This document shows, in pieces, positions 9,131-18,846 of a stretch of DNA of 64,000 nucleotides. Position 1 is the first letter of the stretch; each line of letters begins with the position of its first letter. Source of the stretch: an uncultured bacterium (GTDB lineage Bacteria > Abyssobacteria > SURF-5). Position numbers and translations under genes: made by a program. The stretch covers positions 37,052 through 101,051 of the forward strand of contig CAZSKP010000016.1 of assembly GCA_964607485.1 (NCBI GenBank). The letters are read 5' to 3'. The notes below the pieces were generated by a model. It was not told the origin of the DNA and searched no databases. It was given only the letters and a program-made list of their open reading frames with translations.

Positions 9131-9937
9131 ATGAGACGTTCAGTCAAGCTGATCGCTCTTCTTGTTCCCGTCTTGCTGATTGCGAGCGCCTGCGAGACGA
9201 CGGGCATAAACAGGGGCCAGATAAATATCGTCTCGACCAACGACGAAATAGAGCTGGGGAAGAACCTGGCGGTCGAGGTGGAAAAAGAACAGACCGTCCT
9301 GAACAACCCGGCCCTCACCCAGTACGTGAACGAAATCGGCCAGGCGGTCGCCGCTCAGAGCGACCGGCCCGATGTGCCCTACAGTTTCAAAGTGATCGAT
9401 AACGACGAAGAGGTCAATGCGTTCGCCCTGCCGGGGGGCCCGATATATGTTTACACCGGACTGCTCAAATACGCCGACAACGAGGCCGAACTGGCCAGCG
9501 TGCTCGGACACGAAGTCGCCCATGTGGCCGCCCGTCATTCCGCCGAACAGTTGACGAAGGCATACGGGTTCTCCCTCGTGGCCCAAATAATACTCGGGGA
9601 GGACCCCGGCGCCACGGCCCAGATGGCGCGCGACATCGTCGGCTCTTTGGGGATGCTCAAGTTCTCGCGCGACGACGAAATCGAGGCCGACCGTCTGGGA
9701 GTCCGCTACATGTTTCGGGCGGGATACAACCCGAACGCCATGACCTCGTTTCAGAAGAAGCTGGGCGAGCTTACGTCGAGCAGCCCGAGCCGCGTGCTCA
9801 ACCTTCTCAGCACGCATCCGATGTCGCAGGATAGGATAGAAGCGGTCAGAGCGGAGATAGCGACTCTGCCGCCGGGCAAGAAGGTGGAGTACTACCCGGA
9901 ACGCTACAAAGAGGTCATCGGCCGCGAGCTGAGGTAG
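9131..9937 (+). CDS. M48 family zinc metalloprotease lipoprotein
   Basis: Lipobox ASAC; NAFALPGG, HEVAH, FSRDDEIEAD and STHP. Confidence 0.92.
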   Translation: MRRSVKLIALLVPVLLIASACETTGINRGQINIVSTNDEIELGKNLAVEVEKEQTVLNNPALTQYVNEIGQAVAAQSDRPDVPYSFKVIDNDEEVNAFALPGGPIYVYTGLLKYADNEAELASVLGHEVAHVAARHSAEQLTKAYGFSLVAQIILGEDPGATAQMARDIVGSLGMLKFSRDDEIEADRLGVRYMFRAGYNPNAMTSFQKKLGELTSSSPSRVLNLLSTHPMSQDRIEAVRAEIATLPPGKKVEYYPERYKEVIGRELR

Positions 9938-10022
9938 CGGGCGGCGTCCAGCAAAAAATTTGGAGCTTCATTCCATGGGTGGTTGTTTGGTCGGGAGGAT
10001 AGCTTAGAGGAGGAGTTTTCAG

Positions 10023-10412
10023 ATGAATCGAAAAGCTCTCACACTCTTCGCAGCGATCATCACGATGTGCGCGCTCGTTTACGGTTGTGCCTCGGCCGAC
10101 GCCGGCGCGGCGGGAGGCGCGAGCGGATACACCTGGTCGCGTGGCAAGCTTAGCTTCGCTGTCTCACACGACATAGGCACATGCCATAATGCAACGGTCC
10201 TCGCGCTCACCGACCTCGGGATAACCGTTGTGGGCGACACGACCGACAGGCTGGCGGGCAGGATTATGGGAGAAACCAGCCTGGGCGAGTCGGTCATTGT
10301 GGACCTTGAGCCGAAGGGGTTGGAGGCTACCAAAATAGAGATTCGCGTGGGTGTCGTGGGCAACGAGGGCCAGTCGAAGATAATAGCCGACGCCATCAAG
10401 AGGCAGCTGTAG
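10023..10412 (+). CDS. DUF3568 family lipoprotein
   Basis: Lipobox VYGC, Gly/Ala-rich segment, IRVG motif. Confidence 0.75.
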   Translation: MNRKALTLFAAIITMCALVYGCASADAGAAGGASGYTWSRGKLSFAVSHDIGTCHNATVLALTDLGITVVGDTTDRLAGRIMGETSLGESVIVDLEPKGLEATKIEIRVGVVGNEGQSKIIADAIKRQL

Positions 10413-10484
10413 CGGCCACCTCTTCGCAGGGCTGCTGTTTTCCACAGTCGGAGACGTTCAGAAAAAGGAAGGAGCAATGCGACA

Positions 10485-10877
10485 ATGAATCGCAAGACTC
10501 TCACAATCCTGGTAGTACTCGCCGGAATGTCGATGATAGTATCGGGCTGCATCGCGGCATTCGCCGCGGGAGCGGCCGGGGGCGCGGGCGGTTACGCATG
10601 GGCAAGCGGGAAGCTCACCTTCACCGAGGCTTATGGCATAGGCGCATGCCATGACGCGACGCTCTCTGCTTTCAACGACCTCAAGATAATCGTTGCGAGC
10701 GACAATACCGACAGGCTGTCGGGCAGAATCAAGGGGAAAACCCAGACGGGCGAATCGGTCGCCGTGGACCTGGAGCCGCAGGCGTCGAACATCACCAAGA
10801 TAGACGTGCGCGTGGGCTTTGCGAACCGCGAGCAGGCGACTAACGTGGCGGACGCCATCAAGCGACACTTGCGCTAG
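10485..10877 (+). CDS. DUF3568 family lipoprotein (tandem paralog)
   Basis: Collinear with the previous ORF (MNRK.LT, GKL.F, TDRL.GRI.G, GESV.VDLEP, ADAIKR). Confidence 0.75.
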   Translation: MNRKTLTILVVLAGMSMIVSGCIAAFAAGAAGGAGGYAWASGKLTFTEAYGIGACHDATLSAFNDLKIIVASDNTDRLSGRIKGKTQTGESVAVDLEPQASNITKIDVRVGFANREQATNVADAIKRHLR

Positions 10878-10883
10878 CGGCGC

Positions 10884-12044
10884 TTATGAGCCGATGACCG
10901 TCTCGAGTGCATCGACGAGACGGTCCATCTCCTCGCGCGTGTTGAAGTAGTTGACAGAGATGCGGAGATACGACGGCGGCGGGGTGTATCGCACGACGAT
11001 GCCCTTCTTCAGGAGCGCCTTGAAGACGGTCTTCGGCTCTTTTCCTTCGATTTGTATCGCGACCAGCCCGGCCGAGCATGCCCAATCCGTGGGCGTCACC
11101 ACCCGTATTCCTCTCACGCGCGCGAGTCGTCGTTTCAGGTAGTTCGTGTTCTTCTTGATTGCGGATTCGATGTTGATGACGCCGACCTCGTCGATGAATT
11201 CCAGCGCCTTTAACCATCCGGCGATCAGCGCGGCATTGAAATCGCAATACTCGAACTTCTTGGCGCTCGTGTTATAGGTTACGTTTCCCTCGCGGTCGAA
11301 CGTTTTGGCCGATTCGTTTCCGGCGAACGAGAGCGCCAGCCCGGCGAGTCTGTCTCTCCTCACGTACAGCGCGCCGGTCGAATCGGGGCCGAGCATCCAT
11401 TTGTGGCCGGGAAAGGCGTAATAATCGCAACCGGTGTCGTGCAGGTTTATCTGCAGGACTCCGACCGATTGCGCGCCGTCTACAAGCAGTTCCGAGCCGC
11501 GCTCGGCCACAAGCGCCGCGAGTTGTTTTAGGGGCAGGCGAAGGCCGGTGTTGAAGCTGACGTGGCTGACCAACACCAGCCTGGTGCGGTCGTCGATGGC
11601 GCCCGCCATTCTTCGGAGAGCGTCGCGGCCGTCGCCGAGGTCGACGATTTCGACCTCTGCTCCAAACCTGTCGCGGACGTTGTAGGCAGGAACCAGTCCG
11701 GCTCCGTGCTCAATGTTCGTCGTGACCATCTTTTCGCCGCGCCGCCAGTCGATGCCGCCGAGCACGATGTTAATCGCTTCGGTCGTGCTTCGGGTCAGCG
11801 CGATTTCGTCGGCATCCGCCCCGAGAAACGCAGCCAGTCGCGAGCGGAGGAGGTCGATGTTCTTCGTCTGGCGCTTGTAAACGTGATGCGAGACGCCCTC
11901 GGCCGAGAGCCGTTCGAGCATCCGTTTCTGCTCTTCCAGCACGCGCCTTGGCGACGGGCCCGACCAGCCGGTGTTGAAAAACAGCTTCCTCCCCACCACC
12001 GGAATCTCCGCCCGGATGCGCTCAAGAACGTTTCTGTGACTCAC
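10884..12044 (-). CDS. PLP-dependent aminotransferase class V (cystine lyase/CefD/EgtE-like)
   Basis: LVDGAQSVG, FPGHKW (PLP Lys), LRISVNYFN. Confidence 0.88.
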   Translation of the reverse strand: MSHRNVLERIRAEIPVVGRKLFFNTGWSGPSPRRVLEEQKRMLERLSAEGVSHHVYKRQTKNIDLLRSRLAAFLGADADEIALTRSTTEAINIVLGGIDWRRGEKMVTTNIEHGAGLVPAYNVRDRFGAEVEIVDLGDGRDALRRMAGAIDDRTRLVLVSHVSFNTGLRLPLKQLAALVAERGSELLVDGAQSVGVLQINLHDTGCDYYAFPGHKWMLGPDSTGALYVRRDRLAGLALSFAGNESAKTFDREGNVTYNTSAKKFEYCDFNAALIAGWLKALEFIDEVGVINIESAIKKNTNYLKRRLARVRGIRVVTPTDWACSAGLVAIQIEGKEPKTVFKALLKKGIVVRYTPPPSYLRISVNYFNTREEMDRLVDALETVIGS

Positions 12045-12231
12045 AGTTTTGCGAACGATTGCTCTCTCCTTTTCTCTTCGGCAAAGTCCGGGAGCGAAAT
12101 TTCCGCAATTCTAGCAGGACGGAACCGGTACGTCAAGGAAGGCTTGGCTGCGACGGCGCGCATCAGGTTGACTGGCGGCGGGACGATGTGGTATAGAACG
12201 GAGGCCGGAAAATGCAATCATATATATCTTG

Positions 12232-12408
12232 ACGGCGTGTTGCCAGAACCATTCGGTGTCATTGCGAGGGAGGGTCAAAAACCCGACCGAAGCAATCTCG
12301 GAGGCGTTTTCCTCTCTTGCCACCAGGATTGCTTCGTCGCATTGCTCCTCGCAATGAAGAGGCGGAGCAACGATGTTGTGTGTAGAAACCATTTCGGCAA
12401 CAGACCGT
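12232..12408. mobile_element. MITE-like palindromic repeat, copy 2
   Basis: TIRs ACGGCGTGTTGCC ... GGCAACAGACCGT; same core as copy 1. Confidence 0.75.
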
Positions 12409-12438
12409 TGAGAAATTGAAGCGGGGAAGCGAACGGCT

Positions 12439-13350
12439 TTGTTGACAACTCTGATAATCTTTCTCGTGGTGCTCGGCGCTCTGGCCGTATATGCATTGTA
12501 TGTGGAGCCGGGGCGGTTTCGCTCCGTTCGTGTTCGGATGAAGACAGCCGGAAACCTGAGTGGAAAGCTCGACATCCTCCATATCTCTGACCTTCACCTC
12601 AAGAAGGGCGAGGAAGCCAAGCTGAATTTTCTGCGCGGGCTTCACAAGAATCTCATCGACATGGTCTTCGTGACCGGCGACATCATTGAGGACGACTCCG
12701 GCATCAAATACTGTGTCGATGTTCTGAGCGGCTTCAAAACCCGCCTGGGAGTGTTCGTCGTGTTCGGGGCGCACGACCACTGGGACACCCGCTTGTGGAA
12801 CGTGGTGCGAGACCTTTCGCTGGGCGGATACCGCAAGGGCGGGCCCAACGATTTTGCACGGCTCAAGCGCGAGCTCGAGCGCGCGGGAGTCGTCTGTCTC
12901 GACAACAGGTCGCGACGGGTAACGCTTCCCGACTCTTCCGGGATTGGAACTTCCGGCGGAACGGAACTGTGGATTGTGGGCGTGGACGACCTCTTCGTCG
13001 GGCTGGACGATTTTCAGAAGGCGCTCGCCGGCGTGCCGGCCCATGCGTTCAGAATCCTCCTGACCCACACCGTCGAGGATCCCGAGGAGATAGCCGCGCG
13101 CGCGTTCGACGCCGTCTTCGCGGGCCACTCCCACGGCGGGCAGGTGAGGATTCCTTTTATCGGTCCGATTATCACGCGTTCGAGCCTGCGGAGGGAATAC
13201 GCCTCGGGAGTGTTCAAGGTAGGGGGCACACCGTTTCACATAAACAACGGCATCGGAACCGGAAATTGGACGGGCTTTCGGTTTCTCTGTCCGCCGGAGG
13301 CGTCCTACGTCGAGCTGACCGGCCCCGCACCCGCAAACAAGGCGACGTAA
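12439..13350 (+). CDS. Membrane-anchored metallophosphoesterase (YkuE-like)
   Basis: SDLH, TGD, GAHD and GHSHGGQ motifs; N-terminal TM helix. Confidence 0.9.
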   Translation: MLTTLIIFLVVLGALAVYALYVEPGRFRSVRVRMKTAGNLSGKLDILHISDLHLKKGEEAKLNFLRGLHKNLIDMVFVTGDIIEDDSGIKYCVDVLSGFKTRLGVFVVFGAHDHWDTRLWNVVRDLSLGGYRKGGPNDFARLKRELERAGVVCLDNRSRRVTLPDSSGIGTSGGTELWIVGVDDLFVGLDDFQKALAGVPAHAFRILLTHTVEDPEEIAARAFDAVFAGHSHGGQVRIPFIGPIITRSSLRREYASGVFKVGGTPFHINNGIGTGNWTGFRFLCPPEASYVELTGPAPANKAT

Positions 13351-13360
13351 TCCTGCCTCT

Positions 13361-13870
13361 TCACGCAAAGAAGTGATAAACTATCAGTCCGACCATCAGG
13401 AGGCCGATCGCTTCTTTCGCAATCACGGCAGCCGTCCGGCCGAGGAAGGCGCCCAGGCCCGCGCGGAGGGCCTGGCGGAGGTCGTTGAGCCTGAAATATT
13501 CATAGCCGAACGCGCCCAGAAACGCGCCGAGGAATGCCCCGACTATCGTGCCCAGAATCGGCACGATTCCCGAACCGACGGCCAACCCGACAATAGAGCC
13601 GACGATGGCCGCGATCGTGCCGCCCGTTGAGGCGCCGTACTTCTTCGCGCCCACCGCCGAGGACAATACCTCGACTATCTCGCCCACAAGTGCGGCTATC
13701 GCGAACACGAGGAGAAAAGGCCAGCCGAATTTCGTCCAGTGGATCGCCAGCCCATAGACAACCGCGCAGCCGAGGATCACCCAGTTGCCCGGCAGTCCAA
13801 GCGGCGTTATTAGAAGCCCTGCCAGCATCGACAAGCTAAGCAGCGTGTAGCCGATTATCGCCAGAACCAT
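13361..13870 (-). CDS. DUF456 family membrane protein
   Basis: GLPGNW, GAKKYGAS and GAFLGAFLGA..YE. Confidence 0.85.
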   Translation of the reverse strand: MVLAIIGYTLLSLSMLAGLLITPLGLPGNWVILGCAVVYGLAIHWTKFGWPFLLVFAIAALVGEIVEVLSSAVGAKKYGASTGGTIAAIVGSIVGLAVGSGIVPILGTIVGAFLGAFLGAFGYEYFRLNDLRQALRAGLGAFLGRTAAVIAKEAIGLLMVGLIVYHFFA

Positions 13871-13955
13871 CTTCGCACTCCATGGATTCAGGTTGTCAAG
13901 AAGAGGGACGCCATTCTGAACAACGACGAAACTCGACGGATAAGAAGCGGGCGGC

Positions 13956-14690
13956 CTATACCGTCGGGATAACTTCGACCTTTACCCTCGCCGTGCCCTT
14001 TTCATAGAACCCCAGCCTCTTGGCGGCGCCCATGCTGAGGTCTATGATTCTGTCGCCCGACCTCGGATTCTGCCTGCACGGGAAAGGGCCCCTGTCGTTG
14101 ACCCTCACGATGATCGAGCGGCCGTTCTCAAGGTTTGTGACCCTGACATTGGTCGGGAGCGGCAGATACTTGTGGGCGGCGGTCAATCCGTTCGGATCAA
14201 ACGCCTCGCCGTTGGCGGTCATGTGCCCTCCGCGTTTCCTGCGGGTCTCGTGGCCGTACCATGAGGCGAGGCCGACCTCCTTGTGACTCTGGGCCGCCTC
14301 GACCGACATGGGATAATATTTCTTTCCATTGACCGTATAGGGAGAGTTTTTCACCCGGCCCTGCCGGATGGCCTCCTTGACCGGCAAACCATCTACGGTC
14401 TCGATATCCTCGTTGGTGAGCGGCCAGTCCAGCGGGGCCTGCACGACCTCGAACGTGAATTCTCCGATCTTATAGACGGTTTTCGTCGTGCCGGCGGCAA
14501 CCCTGTAGGTCCCTGTGACAACCGATACACCGGTTTTCACGGTCTTCTGCGTCACCCTCACAGTCTTCTTGGTCACTCTGTAAGGGGCCGTAATCACCGC
14601 GCAACCGGCAAGAACAAGGCACCCGACTACTATTCCGAGAATATAATACCGATTTCTCTTTGCCGCAACGGTCTTCTTGCCAGAGTCCAT
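13956..14690 (-). CDS. rlpA: RlpA family lytic transglycosylase lipoprotein (DPBB domain, no SPOR domain)
   Basis: Lipobox LAGC; GLASWYG, TANGE, TAAH, VRVNDRGPF and IIDLS. Confidence 0.9.
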   Translation of the reverse strand: MDSGKKTVAAKRNRYYILGIVVGCLVLAGCAVITAPYRVTKKTVRVTQKTVKTGVSVVTGTYRVAAGTTKTVYKIGEFTFEVVQAPLDWPLTNEDIETVDGLPVKEAIRQGRVKNSPYTVNGKKYYPMSVEAAQSHKEVGLASWYGHETRRKRGGHMTANGEAFDPNGLTAAHKYLPLPTNVRVTNLENGRSIIVRVNDRGPFPCRQNPRSGDRIIDLSMGAAKRLGFYEKGTARVKVEVIPTV

Positions 14691-14915
14691 CTCTCAGTCC
14701 CATGCATGCTTCAGGAAAGCTCGGCCCTCGGGCCTCTACATCATGCGGTGTGATGTGTAAGGGCCACAATCTATGCCACTGCACACATGTATAAGATACC
14801 ATCCTCCGTTCGATTAAGTCAAACGGTGTGCCCCTGACTTGCCAAAGAACCTGCCACTGTCCATATTTTAAGCAAATGTAACTGTCATTTCCGGATTGAG
14901 CGCAGGAGGCATTCC

Positions 14916-15242
14916 ATGAAAGAACCCATACGCGTCAGCCCCGACGAGACTCACCGGAAGCTGGAATCCGGCGCCGCGATCCTCGTGCGCGCATACGAGG
15001 ATGAGGAAAAATTCAGAATGATGCAGCTAGAAGGAGCGATTTCGCTCAGCGAATTCGAGTCCAGACTGCCCACGCTGTCGAAGGACCAGGAGATCATCTT
15101 CTACTGTGGTTGACCGCAGGAAAAGACGTCCGCCGGTCGGGCGGCGCAGTATATAGAGAAGGGATACGCGAATGCGAAGGCTCTCGGCGGAGGAGTGGAA
15201 GGCTGGAAGAAGGCCGGGTACCGTCTCGTCGTCGCGAAGTGA
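14916..15242 (+). CDS. Rhodanese-like selenoprotein (UGA at 15111-15113 read as Sec), 108 aa
   Basis: IIFYCG-UGA continues in frame as PQEKTSAGRAAQYIEKGYANAKALGGGVEGWKKAGY, which completes the rhodanese fold; SECIS-like hairpin downstream. Confidence 0.85.
15127..15146 (+). promoter_or_regulatory. Putative bacterial SECIS element
   Basis: CCGCC-GGTCG-GGCGG hairpin; G-initiated apical loop begins after a 21-nt spacer following the in-frame UGA. Confidence 0.7.
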
Positions 15243-15353
15243 GGCTTCATCGGCTTCTTTCGTGAGAATACCAAGAGGAAAGACCTCAGGCGATTGACAA
15301 GGGGAGATGATGTAACGCTCCGCCCGCGGAAAGGGCGGCAAGAAGAATCATTG

Positions 15354-15383
15354 TTGACATTGCGGAACCCGAGGTAATATAAT
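15354..15383 (+). promoter_or_regulatory. sigma70 promoter for the glyQS leader
   Basis: Perfect TTGACA-18-TATAAT. Confidence 0.8.
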
Positions 15384-15389
15384 GCCATC

Positions 15390-15495
15390 GAAGCGATGGT
15401 GTGTCTGGCCGCGGCTAGATTCGCCCGGGGTGAAACCGCATACAGGTTCGCCCTTTTCGTCGAGACCGTGAGCGGTTTGGCGAGAAGGGCTTTTT
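15390..15495 (+). promoter_or_regulatory. glyQS leader attenuator with T-box-like motif and intrinsic terminator
   Basis: GGGTGAAACCGC at 15428-15439; ~18-bp hairpin at 15450-15490 followed by TTTTT; mutually exclusive pairings. Confidence 0.55.
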
Positions 15496-15538
15496 GCTAT
15501 CACATGATTTTGAGAGAGGGGAGGTGGGTGTTTACCTC

Positions 15539-16864
15539 ATGGCCAAGAAAGTTCCCAGTGAGGCCGATAAGAAGATGGAAGAGCTCGTCTCGCTCTGCAA
15601 GAGGCGCGGGTTTATCTTTCAGAGCAGCCTGATATACGGCGGCATAAATAGCTGCTGGGATTACGGCCCGCTGGGGGTCGAGCTGAAGAACAACATCAAG
15701 CGCCACTGGTGGAAGACGATGACCCAGGAGCGCAACGACATCGAGGGGCTCGATGCAAGCATCATAATGCACCCCCGCGTATGGGAGGCCTCGGGCCACG
15801 TCGAGGGGTTCACCGACCCGCTGGTCGACTGCAAGCAGTGCAAGCACCGCTTTCGCGCCGACGAGCTGAGCGGCCCAAAGTGTCCCGACTGCGGCGGCGA
15901 GCTGACCGAGGCGAGGCTGTTCAATCTGATGTTCAAGACGTTTGTCGGACCCGTCGAGGAAGACGCGGCGGTCGTTTACCTCCGGCCCGAGACCGCGCAG
16001 GGCATCTACGTGAATTTCCTGAACGTGATGGGTCCCTCGCGCCAGAAGATTCCATTCGGCATTGCGCAGATAGGCAAGGCGTTTCGCAATGAGATAACGC
16101 CCGGCAATTTCGTCTTCCGCATGCGCGAGTTCGAACAGATGGAGATGCAGTACTTCGTCCGGCCGGGAACGGACGAGGAATGGTTCGACTACTGGAAAGA
16201 AAAGCGGCTGCAGTGGTATCGGGACATCGGCATAAACGAGGAGAAGCTCCATCTGCACGAACACGAGCACAAGGAATTGGCCCACTATGCCCGCAAGGCG
16301 TTCGACATCGAGTACGAATTCCCCTTCGGCCGGAAAGAACTGGAAGGAATCCACAACCGGACCGACTTCGACCTGTCGCGCCACCAGGAATACTCGGGCA
16401 AGGACCTCTCCTACTTCGATCAGGAGCTCAACCAGCGGTATGTCCCGTACATAATCGAGACTTCCGCGGGCGTTGACCGGACGCTGCTGACATGCCTCGT
16501 CGATGCCTACGCGGTGGAGAACCCCGGCAAGAAAGAGGAGCGTAAGGTGCTGAGGCTGTCGCCCAAGCTGGCGCCCATCAAGGCGGCCATCCTCCCACTG
16601 GTCAACCGCGACGGTATGCCCGAACTGGCCAAGAAGATAGCCGACGAGCTCAGGCCGCATTTCAAGATATTCTACGACGACGGCGGCTCCATCGGGCGTC
16701 GCTACAGGAGACAGGACGAAGCCGGCACGCCGTTCGGAATAACGGTCGATTCGCAAACGCTCGAAGACGAAACGGTCACCCTGCGCGAACGCGATTCCAT
16801 GAAACAGGAGCGAGTGAAAATATCGGCGCTCAAAGACGAGCTTCTCCAACGCACCGCAATCTGA
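15539..16864 (+). CDS. glyQS: Glycine--tRNA ligase (homodimeric, alpha2 type)
   Basis: [29 protein letters not shown] and [11 protein letters not shown]. Confidence 0.97.
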   Translation: MAKKVPSEADKKMEELVSLCKRRGFIFQSSLIYGGINSCWDYGPLGVELKNNIKRHWWKTMTQERNDIEGLDASIIMHPRVWEASGHVEGFTDPLVDCKQCKHRFRADELSGPKCPDCGGELTEARLFNLMFKTFVGPVEEDAAVVYLRPETAQGIYVNFLNVMGPSRQKIPFGIAQIGKAFRNEITPGNFVFRMREFEQMEMQYFVRPGTDEEWFDYWKEKRLQWYRDIGINEEKLHLHEHEHKELAHYARKAFDIEYEFPFGRKELEGIHNRTDFDLSRHQEYSGKDLSYFDQELNQRYVPYIIETSAGVDRTLLTCLVDAYAVENPGKKEERKVLRLSPKLAPIKAAILPLVNRDGMPELAKKIADELRPHFKIFYDDGGSIGRRYRRQDEAGTPFGITVDSQTLEDETVTLRERDSMKQERVKISALKDELLQRTAI

Positions 16865-16886
16865 GGGTCGCTACCGAAAGTGGAAC

Positions 16887-17372
16887 ATGCGGGTTGGCGT
16901 AATATCTGATACACATGGCTATGTAAACCCCAAGCTGTTCGACGTATTTGCAGGAGTCGAACAGATCATGCACGCGGGCGATATCGGCGCGATGAGTGTG
17001 ATAATCGAGCTGAGCGCCATCGCCCCCGTCATCGCCGTCCACGGCAACATGGACCTGCCCGAAATCGTTGCGCGCTATCCGGAAGACCAGCGGGTGCAGT
17101 TGGCGGGAGCCGACGTGTTGATGACGCATAACGGCGGCATGTTGCTCCGTAGCCCATCGATGTTCGACGCCAGGTGCGGCTCGAAACGACCCGACGTATT
17201 CATCTGGGGACACACGCACAGGGCCGAAAGCAAGATAATTGAGGGCATGCTCAGCTTGAACCCCGGCTCGGCGTCGAGACCGCCGATGCTCGACCTGCCT
17301 CCCTCCGTCGCCATTCTCACACTGGAGCCGAACAGAGAACCGCAGGCCGAAATAGTAATATTGGAATCGTGA
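16887..17372 (+). CDS. YfcE/MJ0936 family metallophosphoesterase
   Basis: SDTH, HAGD, GNMD, GHTH and NPGS. Confidence 0.92.
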   Translation: MRVGVISDTHGYVNPKLFDVFAGVEQIMHAGDIGAMSVIIELSAIAPVIAVHGNMDLPEIVARYPEDQRVQLAGADVLMTHNGGMLLRSPSMFDARCGSKRPDVFIWGHTHRAESKIIEGMLSLNPGSASRPPMLDLPPSVAILTLEPNREPQAEIVILES

Positions 17373-17528
17373 TTGCCCTCGAGAAGGAACGAGCCGAAAA
17401 GCAAATCCTTTTCCGTCGCTCCTTTCGCCTGATAGAAGGCTTGCAGTGAAAGCGTAGAGCGACTTATAATGTACCGACACCTCACAGTCACCCCACAGCA
17501 CGGTAGCTGATATCGCGGCGAGGGACAG

Positions 17529-18842
17529 ATGCAAGGCAATGTTGTCATCATCGGCGGCGGCTTCGGAGGGCTTTCGGTAGGAGCGCTGCTCACGAAGAGG
17601 GGGATAGCGGCGACCATATTCGAGTCCGATGCCGATTTGGGAGGTCGAGCCAAGTGCGTCGATAAAGAGGGATACGTCGTTGACCTCGGCCTGCACGCAA
17701 ACCGGTTTGGACACGACGGCCCTGCTGCGACCGTGCTCAAGATGGTGGGTCAGTCAATCGCGTTCGCCAAGAAAAGGGACAAGACTTCCTACGTTTACCA
17801 GGACGGCAAGCTCATAAAAAGACCCAACGCGGTTGAGGACTTCATGGAAACCGAACTCGTGCCCGAGGAGAGCAGGCAGGCGCTCTTGCAGACCGTCTTC
17901 GCGATGGTCGGCGAGGACCCCGATGATTGGTACGACAAGAGCCTTCTCCAGTTCATAGAACAACATACGCAGGATGAACACGTGAAGCGGTTCTTCCGGA
18001 TGCTCGGGTTTACCATCATAGCCCCGGACATCGAGACCGCCTCGGCGGGTGAGGTCATGAGCTTCATCAAGAACGCTCAGATGGCCGAAGAACCGCTCGC
18101 CGAGCCGGTCGGAGGAATGAGGCAAATAATCAATAAGCTCGCGAGTGTCATCGAAAGCAACGGAGGCGAGATCAAGACCGGTTGCAGGGTCGAACGAATC
18201 GAGGTGCAGGGCGGCAGAGCCATAGGGGTGACCGCAGGAGGAGCGTTGCACGCCGCCGACGCGGTCGTCTTCACGCCGCCCGTACAACACCTCTTCAAGT
18301 TCGTGCGCAAAGAGCATTTCCCGCCGGATTTCATCGCCTACGCCGAGAACCTGGAGCCGACCTCGGGAGTGAGCATCGATTTTGGGCTCGCCGAGCCCAT
18401 CACCGACATTGAGGGGAACATCCTCTGCCTCGACCCCGTGGTGCTGGGAAGCTTCCCGTCGAATTACGATGGGTCGCTTGCGCCGGCGGGCAAGCAGCTC
18501 TCCACGTGGCTGATGATTGTCCCTTTCGAGGAAGCGAAAAAAGGACCCACGCTCAAGTCGGCGCTCGGTTCGTTGCGCACGTTCATACGGGGGCTGTATC
18601 CGACGTTCTTCGAACGCGTCGAGTGGGAGCGCCCGCTCGCTTACCTGATTCTTGACGGAGTTCACCTGAAAGTCGGCCAGACGAGGGTGGACAGACACAG
18701 CATACAGTCGCCTCACGTGAGCAACTTGTTCTTCGTGGGAGACACGGCAAAGGGGGAAGGCTGCAGCGGCGACATCGCTTTCGATTCGGCCGTCAAGGCC
18801 GCTCCGATGATTGAAGGCTATCTCAACAACCTGAGGGAGTGA
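17529..18842 (+). CDS. FAD-dependent oxidoreductase (phytoene desaturase/amine oxidase superfamily)
   Basis: IIGGGFGGL, LGGRA, DLGLH and NLFFVGD. Confidence 0.85.
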   Translation: MQGNVVIIGGGFGGLSVGALLTKRGIAATIFESDADLGGRAKCVDKEGYVVDLGLHANRFGHDGPAATVLKMVGQSIAFAKKRDKTSYVYQDGKLIKRPNAVEDFMETELVPEESRQALLQTVFAMVGEDPDDWYDKSLLQFIEQHTQDEHVKRFFRMLGFTIIAPDIETASAGEVMSFIKNAQMAEEPLAEPVGGMRQIINKLASVIESNGGEIKTGCRVERIEVQGGRAIGVTAGGALHAADAVVFTPPVQHLFKFVRKEHFPPDFIAYAENLEPTSGVSIDFGLAEPITDIEGNILCLDPVVLGSFPSNYDGSLAPAGKQLSTWLMIVPFEEAKKGPTLKSALGSLRTFIRGLYPTFFERVEWERPLAYLILDGVHLKVGQTRVDRHSIQSPHVSNLFFVGDTAKGEGCSGDIAFDSAVKAAPMIEGYLNNLRE

Positions 18843-18846
18843 GTCG

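Noticed and set aside
10884-12044. Cysteine desulfurase (IscS/SufS) call
   Set aside because: No catalytic Cys loop (neither RxGHHC nor SSGSAC) in the C-terminal region
15392-15420. Fluoride riboswitch-like GCGATGGTGT
   Set aside because: The rest of the crcB consensus and pseudoknot is missing, and the gene context is inappropriate
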